Assembly: GCA_009779935.1 (NCBI GenBank)
Contig: WRAX01000007.1
Coordinates: 4,515-68,514 of the forward strand
Reading direction: 5' to 3'
DNA from: Defluviitaleaceae bacterium
GTDB lineage: Bacteria; Bacillota; Clostridia; Lachnospirales; WRAX01
Length of the DNA: 64,000 nt
Part shown: positions 9,302 through 17,691 of the stretch, one piece after another
Numbering within the stretch: position 1 is the first letter of the stretch
Layout of the letters: the number at the start of each line of letters is the position of its first letter
Notes under the pieces: model-generated
Told to the model about the DNA's origin: nothing
Database searches by the model: none
What the model saw: the letters and a program-made list of their open reading frames with translations, nothing else
Translations under genes and position numbers: made by a program

Positions 9302-10147
9302 ATGCAACAAGGTATAAAACGCAACCTAATAATAATTGGTGCAGGGCTGGGGCTTTACGGCCTTTATGTGCTGCTAATGATGGTGCTGGGGATGGAATTG
9401 TGGGTTTTGCTATCCACATATATACTTATTATTGCCGTGGCATATTTTGCCAACCGCAAGGCCATTTGGTCCCTACGGGGCAATTATTTTTACTTAACAG
9501 GGCATATGGAAAGGGCACGCCCCCTATTGCAAAAGGCGGTAAATGGCGGCGTTAAAAGCCCTGCCAGCCATATTTACCTTGCCCTAATTTTAATGCAGGC
9601 AGATGGGAATACTGCCGATGCCTTCCGGTATCTGGATAGGGCTATAGAGGTTGCCAAAAACCCGGTGGACAAGCGCTCTGCCACCATTGCCAAGGCAACC
9701 TGTTATTGGATGAACAAAGATGCAAAAAAAGCCATAAGCACCCTGGAAGAAATGCGTGCCACCCAGGAATATACCAATGCCCCCACAATGGTATCCCTTG
9801 GTTTTTTGTATATGATGGATGGGGATTTGGAAAATGCCATAAAAACCACCAATTTAGCTATTGAGGATGAGCCGGAACATGCCGCCGCCTGGGACAACTT
9901 AGGGCAAATACGCCAAAAACAAGGGGATACAGAGGGTGCAAAAGAAGCCTTTACCCATGCCCTTTCCCTGCGGGACACCCTTGCGGACAGTAATTATTTT
10001 ATGGGCATAATAAGCGAAGGCGAAGGGGACAAGGAAGCCGCCGCCGAATACTTCCGCAAAGCGGCAATAAGCCCCATTGGCTTTTTTAATGTGGTAACAC
10101 AAGCGCAGGCAGATGCCAAGTATGAGGAGTATCACCCCAATGGATGA
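9302..10147 (+). CDS. membrane-anchored TPR-repeat protein
   Basis: RBS AAGGAG. Two N-terminal TM helices followed by TPR-like repeats (AWDNLGQIRQKQGDTEGAKEAF). Confidence 0.7.
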   Translation: MQQGIKRNLIIIGAGLGLYGLYVLLMMVLGMELWVLLSTYILIIAVAYFANRKAIWSLRGNYFYLTGHMERARPLLQKAVNGGVKSPASHIYLALILMQADGNTADAFRYLDRAIEVAKNPVDKRSATIAKATCYWMNKDAKKAISTLEEMRATQEYTNAPTMVSLGFLYMMDGDLENAIKTTNLAIEDEPEHAAAWDNLGQIRQKQGDTEGAKEAFTHALSLRDTLADSNYFMGIISEGEGDKEAAAEYFRKAAISPIGFFNVVTQAQADAKYEEYHPNG

Positions 10148-10997
10148 TAACCAAAGGCAAGAGGTAATACAACAAGGCAAGATGAAAACCGACAACTTCG
10201 TAATGAAATCCACCGACCCTAATATGAAAACCAAGGTTGCCACCAATATTACAGACCCCGGCGGCACCGTTTATTGGTATATCCGCTTTAATACCCCGCT
10301 GGATGCGGACACCGTCACCCGTAAAACGACGAATGTGACCGATACAACAGGGTATATTTTGCATACCCTGATAACCTACGATGCAACCCGCAACCTTATT
10401 GTGCTAAACCCCATGGATTTGTACCGCCAAAATGAATATTATATATTGCATATATCAAAAAAGGTGCGCTCGGCAAAGGGCCGCCCGCTGCCGAAAAATG
10501 TGTATATAATGTTTAAGCTTGTGGGGGAGCAGATTTCAGAATTTCACATGCTTAAAGAAGATTCCGTACCTAAGCCTGTGGAAAAACCCAAAAGCATGCG
10601 CCGTGCAGAACAAGCAGAGCTTGTATCGGTGCAAAATGCACAGCATGATTCCGAAACCACCCCAAACCCTGCAAAACCCACTGTACCATACGGCCCCATC
10701 GGCATAAAATTACACCTTGCCCTTATTGGGCTTTTGCTCATGCTTGCCAGCCTTGCTACCCAGTCCGTTCCCATTATTTTGGGGGGTATGGGGGCGGCTT
10801 TTATCGGGCTTGGGCATATTATTTTTCAGATGACAAAAAAGCCCACCATGTCCGCAATTAACTACAACTTGGGGGCGCATAATTTTAACAAACAGGCATA
10901 TACCAAAGCCGCCAAGCTATTCGAAAAATCGGCGGCACAAGACCCCGCAAACAAACTACCCGCAAACGCCCTTAACAAGACAAAGAAGCTGATTTAA
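10140..10997 (+). CDS. hypothetical protein with an SbsA/Big_5-like Ig domain, one TM helix and a short TPR-like tail
   Basis: The N-terminus resembles bacterial Ig-like domains (IRFNTPLDADTVT...LIVLNP). TM helix LALIGLLLMLASLA. The start overlaps the TPR gene by 8 nt; other starts are possible. Confidence 0.55.
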   Translation: MDDNQRQEVIQQGKMKTDNFVMKSTDPNMKTKVATNITDPGGTVYWYIRFNTPLDADTVTRKTTNVTDTTGYILHTLITYDATRNLIVLNPMDLYRQNEYYILHISKKVRSAKGRPLPKNVYIMFKLVGEQISEFHMLKEDSVPKPVEKPKSMRRAEQAELVSVQNAQHDSETTPNPAKPTVPYGPIGIKLHLALIGLLLMLASLATQSVPIILGGMGAAFIGLGHIIFQMTKKPTMSAINYNLGAHNFNKQAYTKAAKLFEKSAAQDPANKLPANALNKTKKLI

Positions 10998-11008
10998 CAA
11001 AATAACCT

Positions 11009-11037
11009 GCGAGGATTAAATGTCCTCGTATTTTTTT
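11009..11037 (+). terminator. intrinsic terminator after the Ig-like gene
   Basis: CGAGGA, loop, TCCTCG, followed by TATTTTTTT. Confidence 0.55.
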
Positions 11038-11058
11038 CAAAAAAATTTCAAAAAAGTG

Positions 11059-11090
11059 TTGACAGTGACGTAAGGGTAATGGTGTATTAT
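11059..11090 (+). promoter_or_regulatory. promoter with an over-long spacer upstream of the merR-family gene
   Basis: TTGACA, about 20 nt, TATTAT. Long spacers are typical of MerR-controlled promoters. Confidence 0.4.
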
Positions 11091-11106
11091 ATTTTTTGGA
11101 GGTGAA

Positions 11107-11901
11107 ATGGTGGAAAAACACAAAGCGATACCCGATGGCTATATGCGCATTGGGGAAATGGCAAAAAAAGCGGGTGTAACCGTGCGCACCCTGCAATATT
11201 ACCATAAAGAGGGGATTTTGTCCCCGTCGGCGGAAAGTGAAGGGGGATTTAGATTATATACCGACAAGGACATGGTTAAGCTAATACGCATTTTAACCAT
11301 GAAGGAATGGGGCTTCTCCCTAAGCGAGATAAAAAGGCGGCTGCCAAATTTGGATACCCCTGCGGATGTGATAAATGCGCTAACAGAGCAGGCAACGGAT
11401 ATCCGTAAGGAAATTGAGGTTTTATCCGATTCCCTTGAAGCCATCCAGGCGTTAAAGGTGGAAATTGCCCAAATGGAGGTGGTGGATTTTGATAAGTATG
11501 CAAAAATCCTTATAAACCTTCAATTAAAAAACAAGTATTACTGGGCGATAAAACATTTTGACAATGAAATGATGGAGCAGATTGGAGAAAACCTGGATTT
11601 TGACTTGGAAAAAGCCAAGGAAATAGTAGATGCCTTTGGAGAGTTAAATGAAGAGGCCGTAAAGCTGCATATGACAGGGGCCACCCCCGAGGGTGAGGAG
11701 GGGCAAAACCTTGCCAAAAGGATAGGGGAAATGATGCTGCAACTGACAGGCGGCAACACAGAATTGATGGAAAAACTAAGCGAACAAATGGAAAAAGTCG
11801 GCACATACAACACAGATTGGGATGAACAAATGACCGGTGCAATGAAGTTTATGGAAAAAGCAGCTAAATTTTATTTTGAAGGGGATGCGCAAAATGATTA
11901 G
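11107..11901 (+). CDS. MerR-family transcriptional regulator
   Basis: N-terminal HTH (MRIGEMAKKAGVTVRTLQYYHKEGIL) plus a long helical C-terminal effector region. Confidence 0.85.
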   Translation: MVEKHKAIPDGYMRIGEMAKKAGVTVRTLQYYHKEGILSPSAESEGGFRLYTDKDMVKLIRILTMKEWGFSLSEIKRRLPNLDTPADVINALTEQATDIRKEIEVLSDSLEAIQALKVEIAQMEVVDFDKYAKILINLQLKNKYYWAIKHFDNEMMEQIGENLDFDLEKAKEIVDAFGELNEEAVKLHMTGATPEGEEGQNLAKRIGEMMLQLTGGNTELMEKLSEQMEKVGTYNTDWDEQMTGAMKFMEKAAKFYFEGDAQND

Positions 11902-12607
11902 CGTAAGTATGAAAAATATCAGCAAATCTTTTGGGGGCAATAAGGTGCTTAAAGATGTGACCTTTGAAACACATGATGGGGAGATTTTTGGTATGCTTGG
12001 GCCATCGGGCTCGGGCAAAACCACCATAATTAATATTTTAACCAAGCAACTAACCGCCGACAGCGGCCAGTGCCACGTGGCGGTGGGCAGCCACGAAATT
12101 GGGCTGATGCTGGAAGACGACGGGTTGTTCTCCCGCCTGTCCTGCCTTGATAATTTGATAGTTTTTGAGGATATCTACAAAATACAACGCAAACAGACCT
12201 TGGAGGTATTGGAGCGTGTAGGACTAACAGATGCAAAAAATACTGCTGTAAACCAGCTTTCCAAGGGGATGCGCCAGCGTTTGGTGCTGGCAAGGGCGGT
12301 GCTGCACAAGCCAAAAGTGCTGTTTTTAGACGAACCCACAAGCGCATTGGACCCCATGACGGCACGTGGCATACACAAACTTATCAGGGATTTGCGCAAT
12401 GGCGGCTCCACCATCTTCCTAACCACCCATAATATGGAGGAGGCAACCCATCTTTGCGACAGGGTAGTAATGCTGCACAAAGGCAAAATTATCGAGCAAG
12501 GCACGCCGCAGGATATTTGCCACCGCTACAACGCAACCAAAAATGTGCTGGACTTGGAATATGTATTCGTACAATTGACAGGAGGGGGATTAGAATGCAC
12601 AGCGTAA
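11894..12607 (+). CDS. ABC transporter ATP-binding protein
   Basis: Walker A GPSGSGKTT, signature LSKGMRQR, Walker B LFLDEP. The start is chosen at MISVSMKNI, overlapping the merR stop. Confidence 0.85.
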   Translation: MISVSMKNISKSFGGNKVLKDVTFETHDGEIFGMLGPSGSGKTTIINILTKQLTADSGQCHVAVGSHEIGLMLEDDGLFSRLSCLDNLIVFEDIYKIQRKQTLEVLERVGLTDAKNTAVNQLSKGMRQRLVLARAVLHKPKVLFLDEPTSALDPMTARGIHKLIRDLRNGGSTIFLTTHNMEEATHLCDRVVMLHKGKIIEQGTPQDICHRYNATKNVLDLEYVFVQLTGGGLECTA

Positions 12608-13314
12608 AAGCCATTTTCAAAAAGCAGATGAAGGATACCCTGAAAAACATGGGTGTGCTGATACAATTTATTATTTACCCACTGGTAGCCTTTGCCATGA
12701 CTGTACTGATGGACACTGCCGCCATACCTTATGAAGTATTGGCTGTTATGCCCAATATGGTAAATGTTATGGCGGCAGTTTTTGCGGGCATGGCACTGGT
12801 TTCATCCGCCGCCGCCATAATTGCGGAGGATAAGGAGAAGAAAAGCCTGCGCTTTCTTGTTATGGCCAATGTTAAACCGCCGGCGTATTTGCTGGGTGTT
12901 GGCGGAACAGTGTTTTTTGTAAGCATATTCACATCCGTTGCATTTAGCTTTATCAGTGGGTTTGGCGGGGTAGATTTTTGGATTTTCCTTGCATCCATGA
13001 TGTCGGGGGTTACGGCATCCATCCTGCTGGGGGCAACCATTGGCTTGCTTACAAAAAACCAACAATCCGCCACCGCAATTGCCATGCCAATTGCCATGGT
13101 TTTGGGCTTTGGCCCCATGATGGCAGGTTTTAATGATACCATTGCAAGGGTGTTGCACATCACCTACACCCAGCAACTTAACGTGGTTTCGGATTATTTA
13201 ACCATTGGCGGGGTCGGCGCACCCCTTTGGCATTCGTTTGCAATAATGTGGGCAAATGTGGTTGTTTTTGGGATAGTGTTTGTTATTGTCTATGCTAAAA
13301 AAGGGATGAAATAA
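12595..13314 (+). CDS. ABC-2 type transporter permease
   Basis: RBS GGAGGGGG before ATG 12595. Six predicted TM segments. The track's 5' extension overlaps the ATPase gene. Confidence 0.75.
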   Translation: MHSVKAIFKKQMKDTLKNMGVLIQFIIYPLVAFAMTVLMDTAAIPYEVLAVMPNMVNVMAAVFAGMALVSSAAAIIAEDKEKKSLRFLVMANVKPPAYLLGVGGTVFFVSIFTSVAFSFISGFGGVDFWIFLASMMSGVTASILLGATIGLLTKNQQSATAIAMPIAMVLGFGPMMAGFNDTIARVLHITYTQQLNVVSDYLTIGGVGAPLWHSFAIMWANVVVFGIVFVIVYAKKGMK

Positions 13315-13359
13315 CCCAAAAACGTCATTGCGAGCTATGCTTGCAATGACGTTTTTGGG
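13315..13359. terminator. long near-perfect palindrome, probably a bidirectional terminator
   Basis: CCCAAAAACGTCATTGC...GCAATGACGTTTTTGGG: 17-bp stem, extendable to a 3-nt loop, T-rich tail. Confidence 0.6.
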
Positions 13360-13382
13360 TTGCATTATTTTTTATGGGGCTT

Positions 13383-13416
13383 ATACCAATTCCATGTTTC
13401 GAAATGGAATTGGTAT
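13383..13416. repeat. hairpin repeat ATACCAATTCCAT-gtttcgaa-ATGGAATTGGTAT
   Basis: 13-bp perfect stem with the same arms as 2894..2922. Abuts the htrA-like stop codon. Confidence 0.8.
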
Positions 13417-14486
13417 TATATCCCAACAGGGCGGTATTCGTCCAAAATTACGGTTAGGGTCATCTCTTCCGCACCCCGCCGTATTTGCAATTCCAGCGCA
13501 TCCCCCGCAGACAAGTTATCTAAAATCTCCCGCAGGCTTTCGAATGTTGTGATTGGGGCAAGGTTTGCTGATAAAATAATATCGCCGGCTACAAGGCCTG
13601 CCAAATAGGCCGCCCCACCCCTGTTAACGGATGCGATTTGCAACTGACCGCCTGCTTGCCCAATTTGAACGCCCATCACGGCACGCCCACGCACAAAGCC
13701 ATAGTCTATCAGATTTTCCACAATTTCCTTTGCGTAGCTGGATGGTATGGCAAAACCCAGCCCCTCCACATCCACACCAATGGATTTTGCTGTTACAATA
13801 CCCACAACTTTCCCTTGCAAATTAAGCAATGGCCCGCCGGAATTGCCACGGTTTACAGCCGCATCGGTTTGCAGCATGTCTATGGCAATATCATCAATGG
13901 TAATGTGGCGGTTTAATGCGCTTATATGCCCTACCGTCATACTATTTGCAAGCTCCCCCAGCGGGTTACCTATGGCTGCAACTTGGTCCCCCACACGCAT
14001 AATATCCGAATCCCCAAGGGTAAGATAGGCCGCATTTTCCACTTCAATCTTAATCACCGCCAAATCGCTGGTGGGGTGGGTGCCAACCAAGGCGGCGGGG
14101 CGTACATTACCGTCATACATAAGCACATTAATGGTGCTGGCATTTTCGATAACATGGCTGTTTGTTACTATGTACCCATCAGGCGATACCAAAAAGCCGG
14201 AGCCGGATGAGGGTTGGCTAATAGGTTGCCCAAAAATATTGCGCCCCGTAATTTGCGTAGAAATTGCCACAACGGCGGGGTTTGCCCCTTCAAATAATTC
14301 CGGCAAGGTTAAATCCCTTGTTTGCGGGGTTTGGTAGCCCACGGTGGTTAAGTGGTTTTGCTGCACCATTGGTGCCCCTAAGTAGCTTGCGGGCTGGTTT
14401 TGCATGGCAAGGCTTGCCCCGGCATATCCGCCACCAAACATCAATGCCGCAGCACATGCAACTGCTAAAAATTTTCTGCTTTTCAT
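13416..14486 (-). CDS. HtrA/DegP-family serine protease with PDZ domain
   Basis: Signal/TM N-terminus, TNSHV, GNSGGPL catalytic motif, C-terminal PDZ. RBS GGGGAG. Confidence 0.9.
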   Translation of the reverse strand: MKSRKFLAVACAAALMFGGGYAGASLAMQNQPASYLGAPMVQQNHLTTVGYQTPQTRDLTLPELFEGANPAVVAISTQITGRNIFGQPISQPSSGSGFLVSPDGYIVTNSHVIENASTINVLMYDGNVRPAALVGTHPTSDLAVIKIEVENAAYLTLGDSDIMRVGDQVAAIGNPLGELANSMTVGHISALNRHITIDDIAIDMLQTDAAVNRGNSGGPLLNLQGKVVGIVTAKSIGVDVEGLGFAIPSSYAKEIVENLIDYGFVRGRAVMGVQIGQAGGQLQIASVNRGGAAYLAGLVAGDIILSANLAPITTFESLREILDNLSAGDALELQIRRGAEEMTLTVILDEYRPVGI

Positions 14487-14555
14487 AATTAAATCTCCCC
14501 TATCGCTTCGCTTCGTTTCGTTTTATTGTTAAAATAATAACCCTTAAATTTTATA

Positions 14556-14588
14556 GACTTGTTGCCGACTTGTTGCCAAGTTGTAAAA
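14556..14588. promoter_or_regulatory. tandem 11-bp direct repeats in the htrA/two-component divergent region (candidate OmpR-family binding site)
   Basis: GACTTGTTGCC GACTTGTTGCC AAGTTGTAAAA, head to tail with an 11-bp period. Confidence 0.45.
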
Positions 14589-14601
14589 ACCACCCCAAGG
14601 C

Positions 14602-14630
14602 TTGGCGGCGGGCCGTTTTTATGTTACAAT
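14602..14630 (+). promoter_or_regulatory. putative promoter of the response regulator / kinase operon
   Basis: TTGGCG, 17 nt, TACAAT, with TG at positions -15/-14. Confidence 0.4.
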
Positions 14631-14649
14631 ATAAGTAAGAGGTGACACC

Positions 14650-15309
14650 ATGGCAAATATTTTAATTGTAGAAGACGAAAAACCCATAAACAACCTAATA
14701 AGGAAGAATTTGGAGGCAGTAGGGCACAGCTGCACATCCGCCTTTGATGGGGAGGCGGTTTTTAATGAATTGGAAAAACAGCAGTTTGACCTGATTTTGC
14801 TGGATATTATGCTGCCCAAAATGGATGGCTTTGAGGTGTTAGCCCATATCGAAGGCATGCCCGTAATATACCTAACCGCCCGTGATTCGGTGGATGACCG
14901 TGTGCGGGGGCTGAAGCTTGGTGCAGATGATTATATAACCAAACCCTTCCATGTAATAGAATTACAAGCAAGGGTGGAGGCGGTTTTGCGCCGTGCCCAA
15001 AAAACAGATAAAACCTTTGTTTTAAGGGATGTGGAAGTGGATTTGCATGGCAGGCTGGTATACTTCAAAGGGGCATTGGTGGATTTTACACCACAAGAAT
15101 ATGCCCTTGTGGAAACATTTATAAAAAACCGCAACATAGCCCTTTCCCGTGATAAATTATTGGAAATTGCCTGGGGTTACGAATTTGGCGGCGACACACG
15201 CACGGTAGATGCCCACATAAGCCGCATCCGCAAAAAACTGCATTGGGAAGATACCATCAAAACCGTGTACAAGTTAGGATATAGGCTGGAGGCAAGGCAT
15301 GAAGCTTAA
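14650..15309 (+). CDS. OmpR/PhoB-family response regulator
   Basis: REC domain (ILIVEDE, LILLDIMLPKMDG, KP) plus winged-helix domain (LTPQEYALVE...VDAHISRIRKKL). Confidence 0.92.
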   Translation: MANILIVEDEKPINNLIRKNLEAVGHSCTSAFDGEAVFNELEKQQFDLILLDIMLPKMDGFEVLAHIEGMPVIYLTARDSVDDRVRGLKLGADDYITKPFHVIELQARVEAVLRRAQKTDKTFVLRDVEVDLHGRLVYFKGALVDFTPQEYALVETFIKNRNIALSRDKLLEIAWGYEFGGDTRTVDAHISRIRKKLHWEDTIKTVYKLGYRLEARHEA

Positions 15310-16702
15310 AACCTACCTTGCCACCTACCTGCTGTTTTTGGTGGTGCTGTTTTCCTGCTTTGCAATCGTATCCGCTTTTATGGTAAACAGCCAGATAAAT
15401 ATGTACATGGAACGCTCTGCGGCGGAATTTCAACGCATCGCTGTATCCCTTTCCCGGGATATTGCCATTTTAAGCGGCATAAGCCAAGATTTGGCAGGGG
15501 ATTTATATGCACTGCTTAATAATTATATGGAGCATTACGCAGGTGCAAACGTTGCGCTGGAGCTATATGTTTTACCTTCCGGTTATACCATCCAAGCAAC
15601 AGGGGTAACTGCCACATTTACAAGCTACCAAGATGGGCATTTTATTGAGGTGGCAGGGCAGCTGCCGGAGCCCTTCCGGGCGTTTTGGCTGGATTATTCC
15701 CTTGATATCACCCCATCCATGGCGGCTATGGGGCGCATCCAAAACATCCTATTTTATGTGTGTTTGGGTTTTGCCCTGCTAACTGCTGCTATGTTATATG
15801 TTATCCTTGCCCGCATTTTTAAGCCCCTTGGGCTGGTATCCCATGCTTCCCGCAAAATTGCCGCAGGGCATTATGACGAAAGGATAACCCTGCATGGCAA
15901 AAACGAGCTTGCCGCCATGGCGCAAGGTTTTAACACCATGGCAGATGAGATACAGACGCAAATGCAAATCCTAAAAGACGAAGCGGATGCCAAACAACAG
16001 TTTGTGGATAATATTGCCCACGAATTGCGCACCCCCCTAACATCCATATTCGGATATGCGGAATATGTGCAAAAAATAGCCAGTAATGACGGGGACACCA
16101 TCGAAGCCATGCAGTATATTATGGACGAGGCGGAACATATGCAAAACATTGCCAATTCCCTGCTTACCCTTGCTACCCTGCGGGGCTATACCGCCGAAAT
16201 GCATTCTATTAATGCAAGTGATTTGTTTGACCATATAAAAAAATCCCTACGCCACCAAACCGCCCAAATTATTACCGAAACAGATACGGAAACAATTTAT
16301 GGGCAGGAAGATTTGGTAAGAAGCCTATTATTAAATTTAGTTACAAATGCCCTTAAAGCCTGCCCGCCGGAAGGCGGCGTGGTAACGCTGTCCGCAAGGG
16401 TGGGGGAGGGTGAAACCACCTTAACCGTCACAGACAATGGTTGCGGCATATCTGAAGAAAACCTTGCAAGGATAACCGAGCCTTTTTATAGGGCGGACAA
16501 ATCCCGCAACCGTGCCATGGGCGGGGTGGGGCTTGGGCTTGCCATATGCACACGCATTGCACAAGCCCATGGCACGAACTTGGTAATCACATCCGTTGTA
16601 AATACAGGCACAACGGTGGAAATTACCCTGCCGAGCCAAAGCCCTCGCTTTTACAACTTGGCAACAACTCCACAACAATCCTGCAATAAGGCGGCATTAT
16701 AA
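15299..16702 (+). CDS. sensor histidine kinase (2 TM, HAMP, HisKA, HATPase)
   Basis: H-box AHELRTPLTSI, N-box LVTNALKA, G-boxes DNGCGI and GGVGLGLA. Overlaps the regulator gene by 11 nt. Confidence 0.9.
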   Translation: MKLKTYLATYLLFLVVLFSCFAIVSAFMVNSQINMYMERSAAEFQRIAVSLSRDIAILSGISQDLAGDLYALLNNYMEHYAGANVALELYVLPSGYTIQATGVTATFTSYQDGHFIEVAGQLPEPFRAFWLDYSLDITPSMAAMGRIQNILFYVCLGFALLTAAMLYVILARIFKPLGLVSHASRKIAAGHYDERITLHGKNELAAMAQGFNTMADEIQTQMQILKDEADAKQQFVDNIAHELRTPLTSIFGYAEYVQKIASNDGDTIEAMQYIMDEAEHMQNIANSLLTLATLRGYTAEMHSINASDLFDHIKKSLRHQTAQIITETDTETIYGQEDLVRSLLLNLVTNALKACPPEGGVVTLSARVGEGETTLTVTDNGCGISEENLARITEPFYRADKSRNRAMGGVGLGLAICTRIAQAHGTNLVITSVVNTGTTVEITLPSQSPRFYNLATTPQQSCNKAAL

Positions 16703-16735
16703 TATCAATACAATCAACCGAAAGGAGAAAGTGAA

Positions 16736-17530
16736 ATGACAAAAAACAAAATTAAAGAAATTGCAAAGGTTGCAACCGCATCCGCCCTATCCATTGCCGT
16801 GCTTGGCGGGGCTTTTATGGCAACCAACCACTTGGTTTTTGCAAGCACAATCGGCAGAACATTGGAGGTGCCCGCAATAGAAGGTATGCCCACATCCTTT
16901 ATTGCCGCATCCCTGGAAAATTACGGGCAAGTACAGCGCAACCTTAATGTAACCGAGGATGTCGCACACCTATCCGGTTCTGCAAGGGGATATGGCACCA
17001 TTTCCGCAGAGCAGGCCGCACAAGCCCTTGCAAACCGCATTTACGAGCAGTTTGGGGAGGATATTGACGGAGCTGATGTATACGCCACATTTAATGACCG
17101 TATGACCTTCGGGGGCTCTGATGGTGTGTGGAGCATGGGTGTAAGAATTGACGGCGAAGTGGCCTTTGCCGCCATAATGTGCGCCAACACAGGGCATACT
17201 GTGTTTGTGGAGTGCGTAAGGGGCGTTGGAACCCCGGGCATTATGATGCACAGCGGCAGCGGGTTGCGCATACACGTCTTTAACCAACAACCCTTGGATT
17301 TAGAAAATTTTGAGATTGAGATTAATGATTTGGGCAGGTTTCGCCGTATAAGCCCGGAGGAAGTGGAGGAACTTAAGCTTAGAGGGTGGAGGTTTGATTT
17401 TGTATGCCGTGACGAAGTCCTGCAACAAAGGCTGCGCATGCGTTGTGAAGAAGGATGCCCGCTTCCCGGGCAACAAATTCCGCAAAAGCAAAATATAAAT
17501 AACCAAAACAGAAACCATCGTGGGTTCTAA
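16736..17530 (+). CDS. hypothetical secreted or membrane-anchored protein
   Basis: RBS AAGGAGAAAG. N-terminal signal-like helix. No recognised motif. Confidence 0.6.
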   Translation: MTKNKIKEIAKVATASALSIAVLGGAFMATNHLVFASTIGRTLEVPAIEGMPTSFIAASLENYGQVQRNLNVTEDVAHLSGSARGYGTISAEQAAQALANRIYEQFGEDIDGADVYATFNDRMTFGGSDGVWSMGVRIDGEVAFAAIMCANTGHTVFVECVRGVGTPGIMMHSGSGLRIHVFNQQPLDLENFEIEINDLGRFRRISPEEVEELKLRGWRFDFVCRDEVLQQRLRMRCEEGCPLPGQQIPQKQNINNQNRNHRGF

Positions 17531-17560
17531 AAACAAAAACACCCTACCCCAACAAACCGG

Positions 17561-17586
17561 AGTAGGGTGGGGGCTTGCCCCCACCC
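17561..17586 (+). repeat. REP-like element AGTAGGGTGGGGGCTTGCCCCCACCC (copy 1)
   Basis: GTAG followed by a 22-nt perfect GC-rich palindrome. Identical 26-mer at 35863 (+) and 35927 (-). Confidence 0.85.
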
Positions 17587-17650
17587 TGTTAATGGCGCAT
17601 GTTCGCCCCGGAGCAAAAAGGTGCGTAAATCCGTACAACCCATTAGGGTT

Positions 17651-17686
17651 ATCCTGCCAAACTTATCAATCACGGCAGGATTTTTT
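17651..17686 (+). terminator. intrinsic terminator
   Basis: ATCCTGCC, 15-nt loop, GGCAGGAT, then TTTTTT. Confidence 0.6.
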
Positions 17687-17691
17687 ATCTG

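Noticed and set aside
12454-12594. 5' extensions of track ORFs (12454-12594, 7880-8002, 37307-37423, 25421-25498, 42902-42958, 43276-43332)
   Set aside because: Each extension overlaps the preceding gene, lacks an RBS and reads as non-protein-like. An internal start with a good Shine-Dalgarno sequence and a family-typical N-terminus exists in every case.
14504-14524. Pentamer-rich tract CGCTTCGCTTCGTTTCGTTTT, considered as a microsatellite or CRISPR-like repeat
   Set aside because: There are only four imperfect 5-nt units and no spacers. It lies in the htrA 5' UTR and is too short to be anything but low-complexity sequence.
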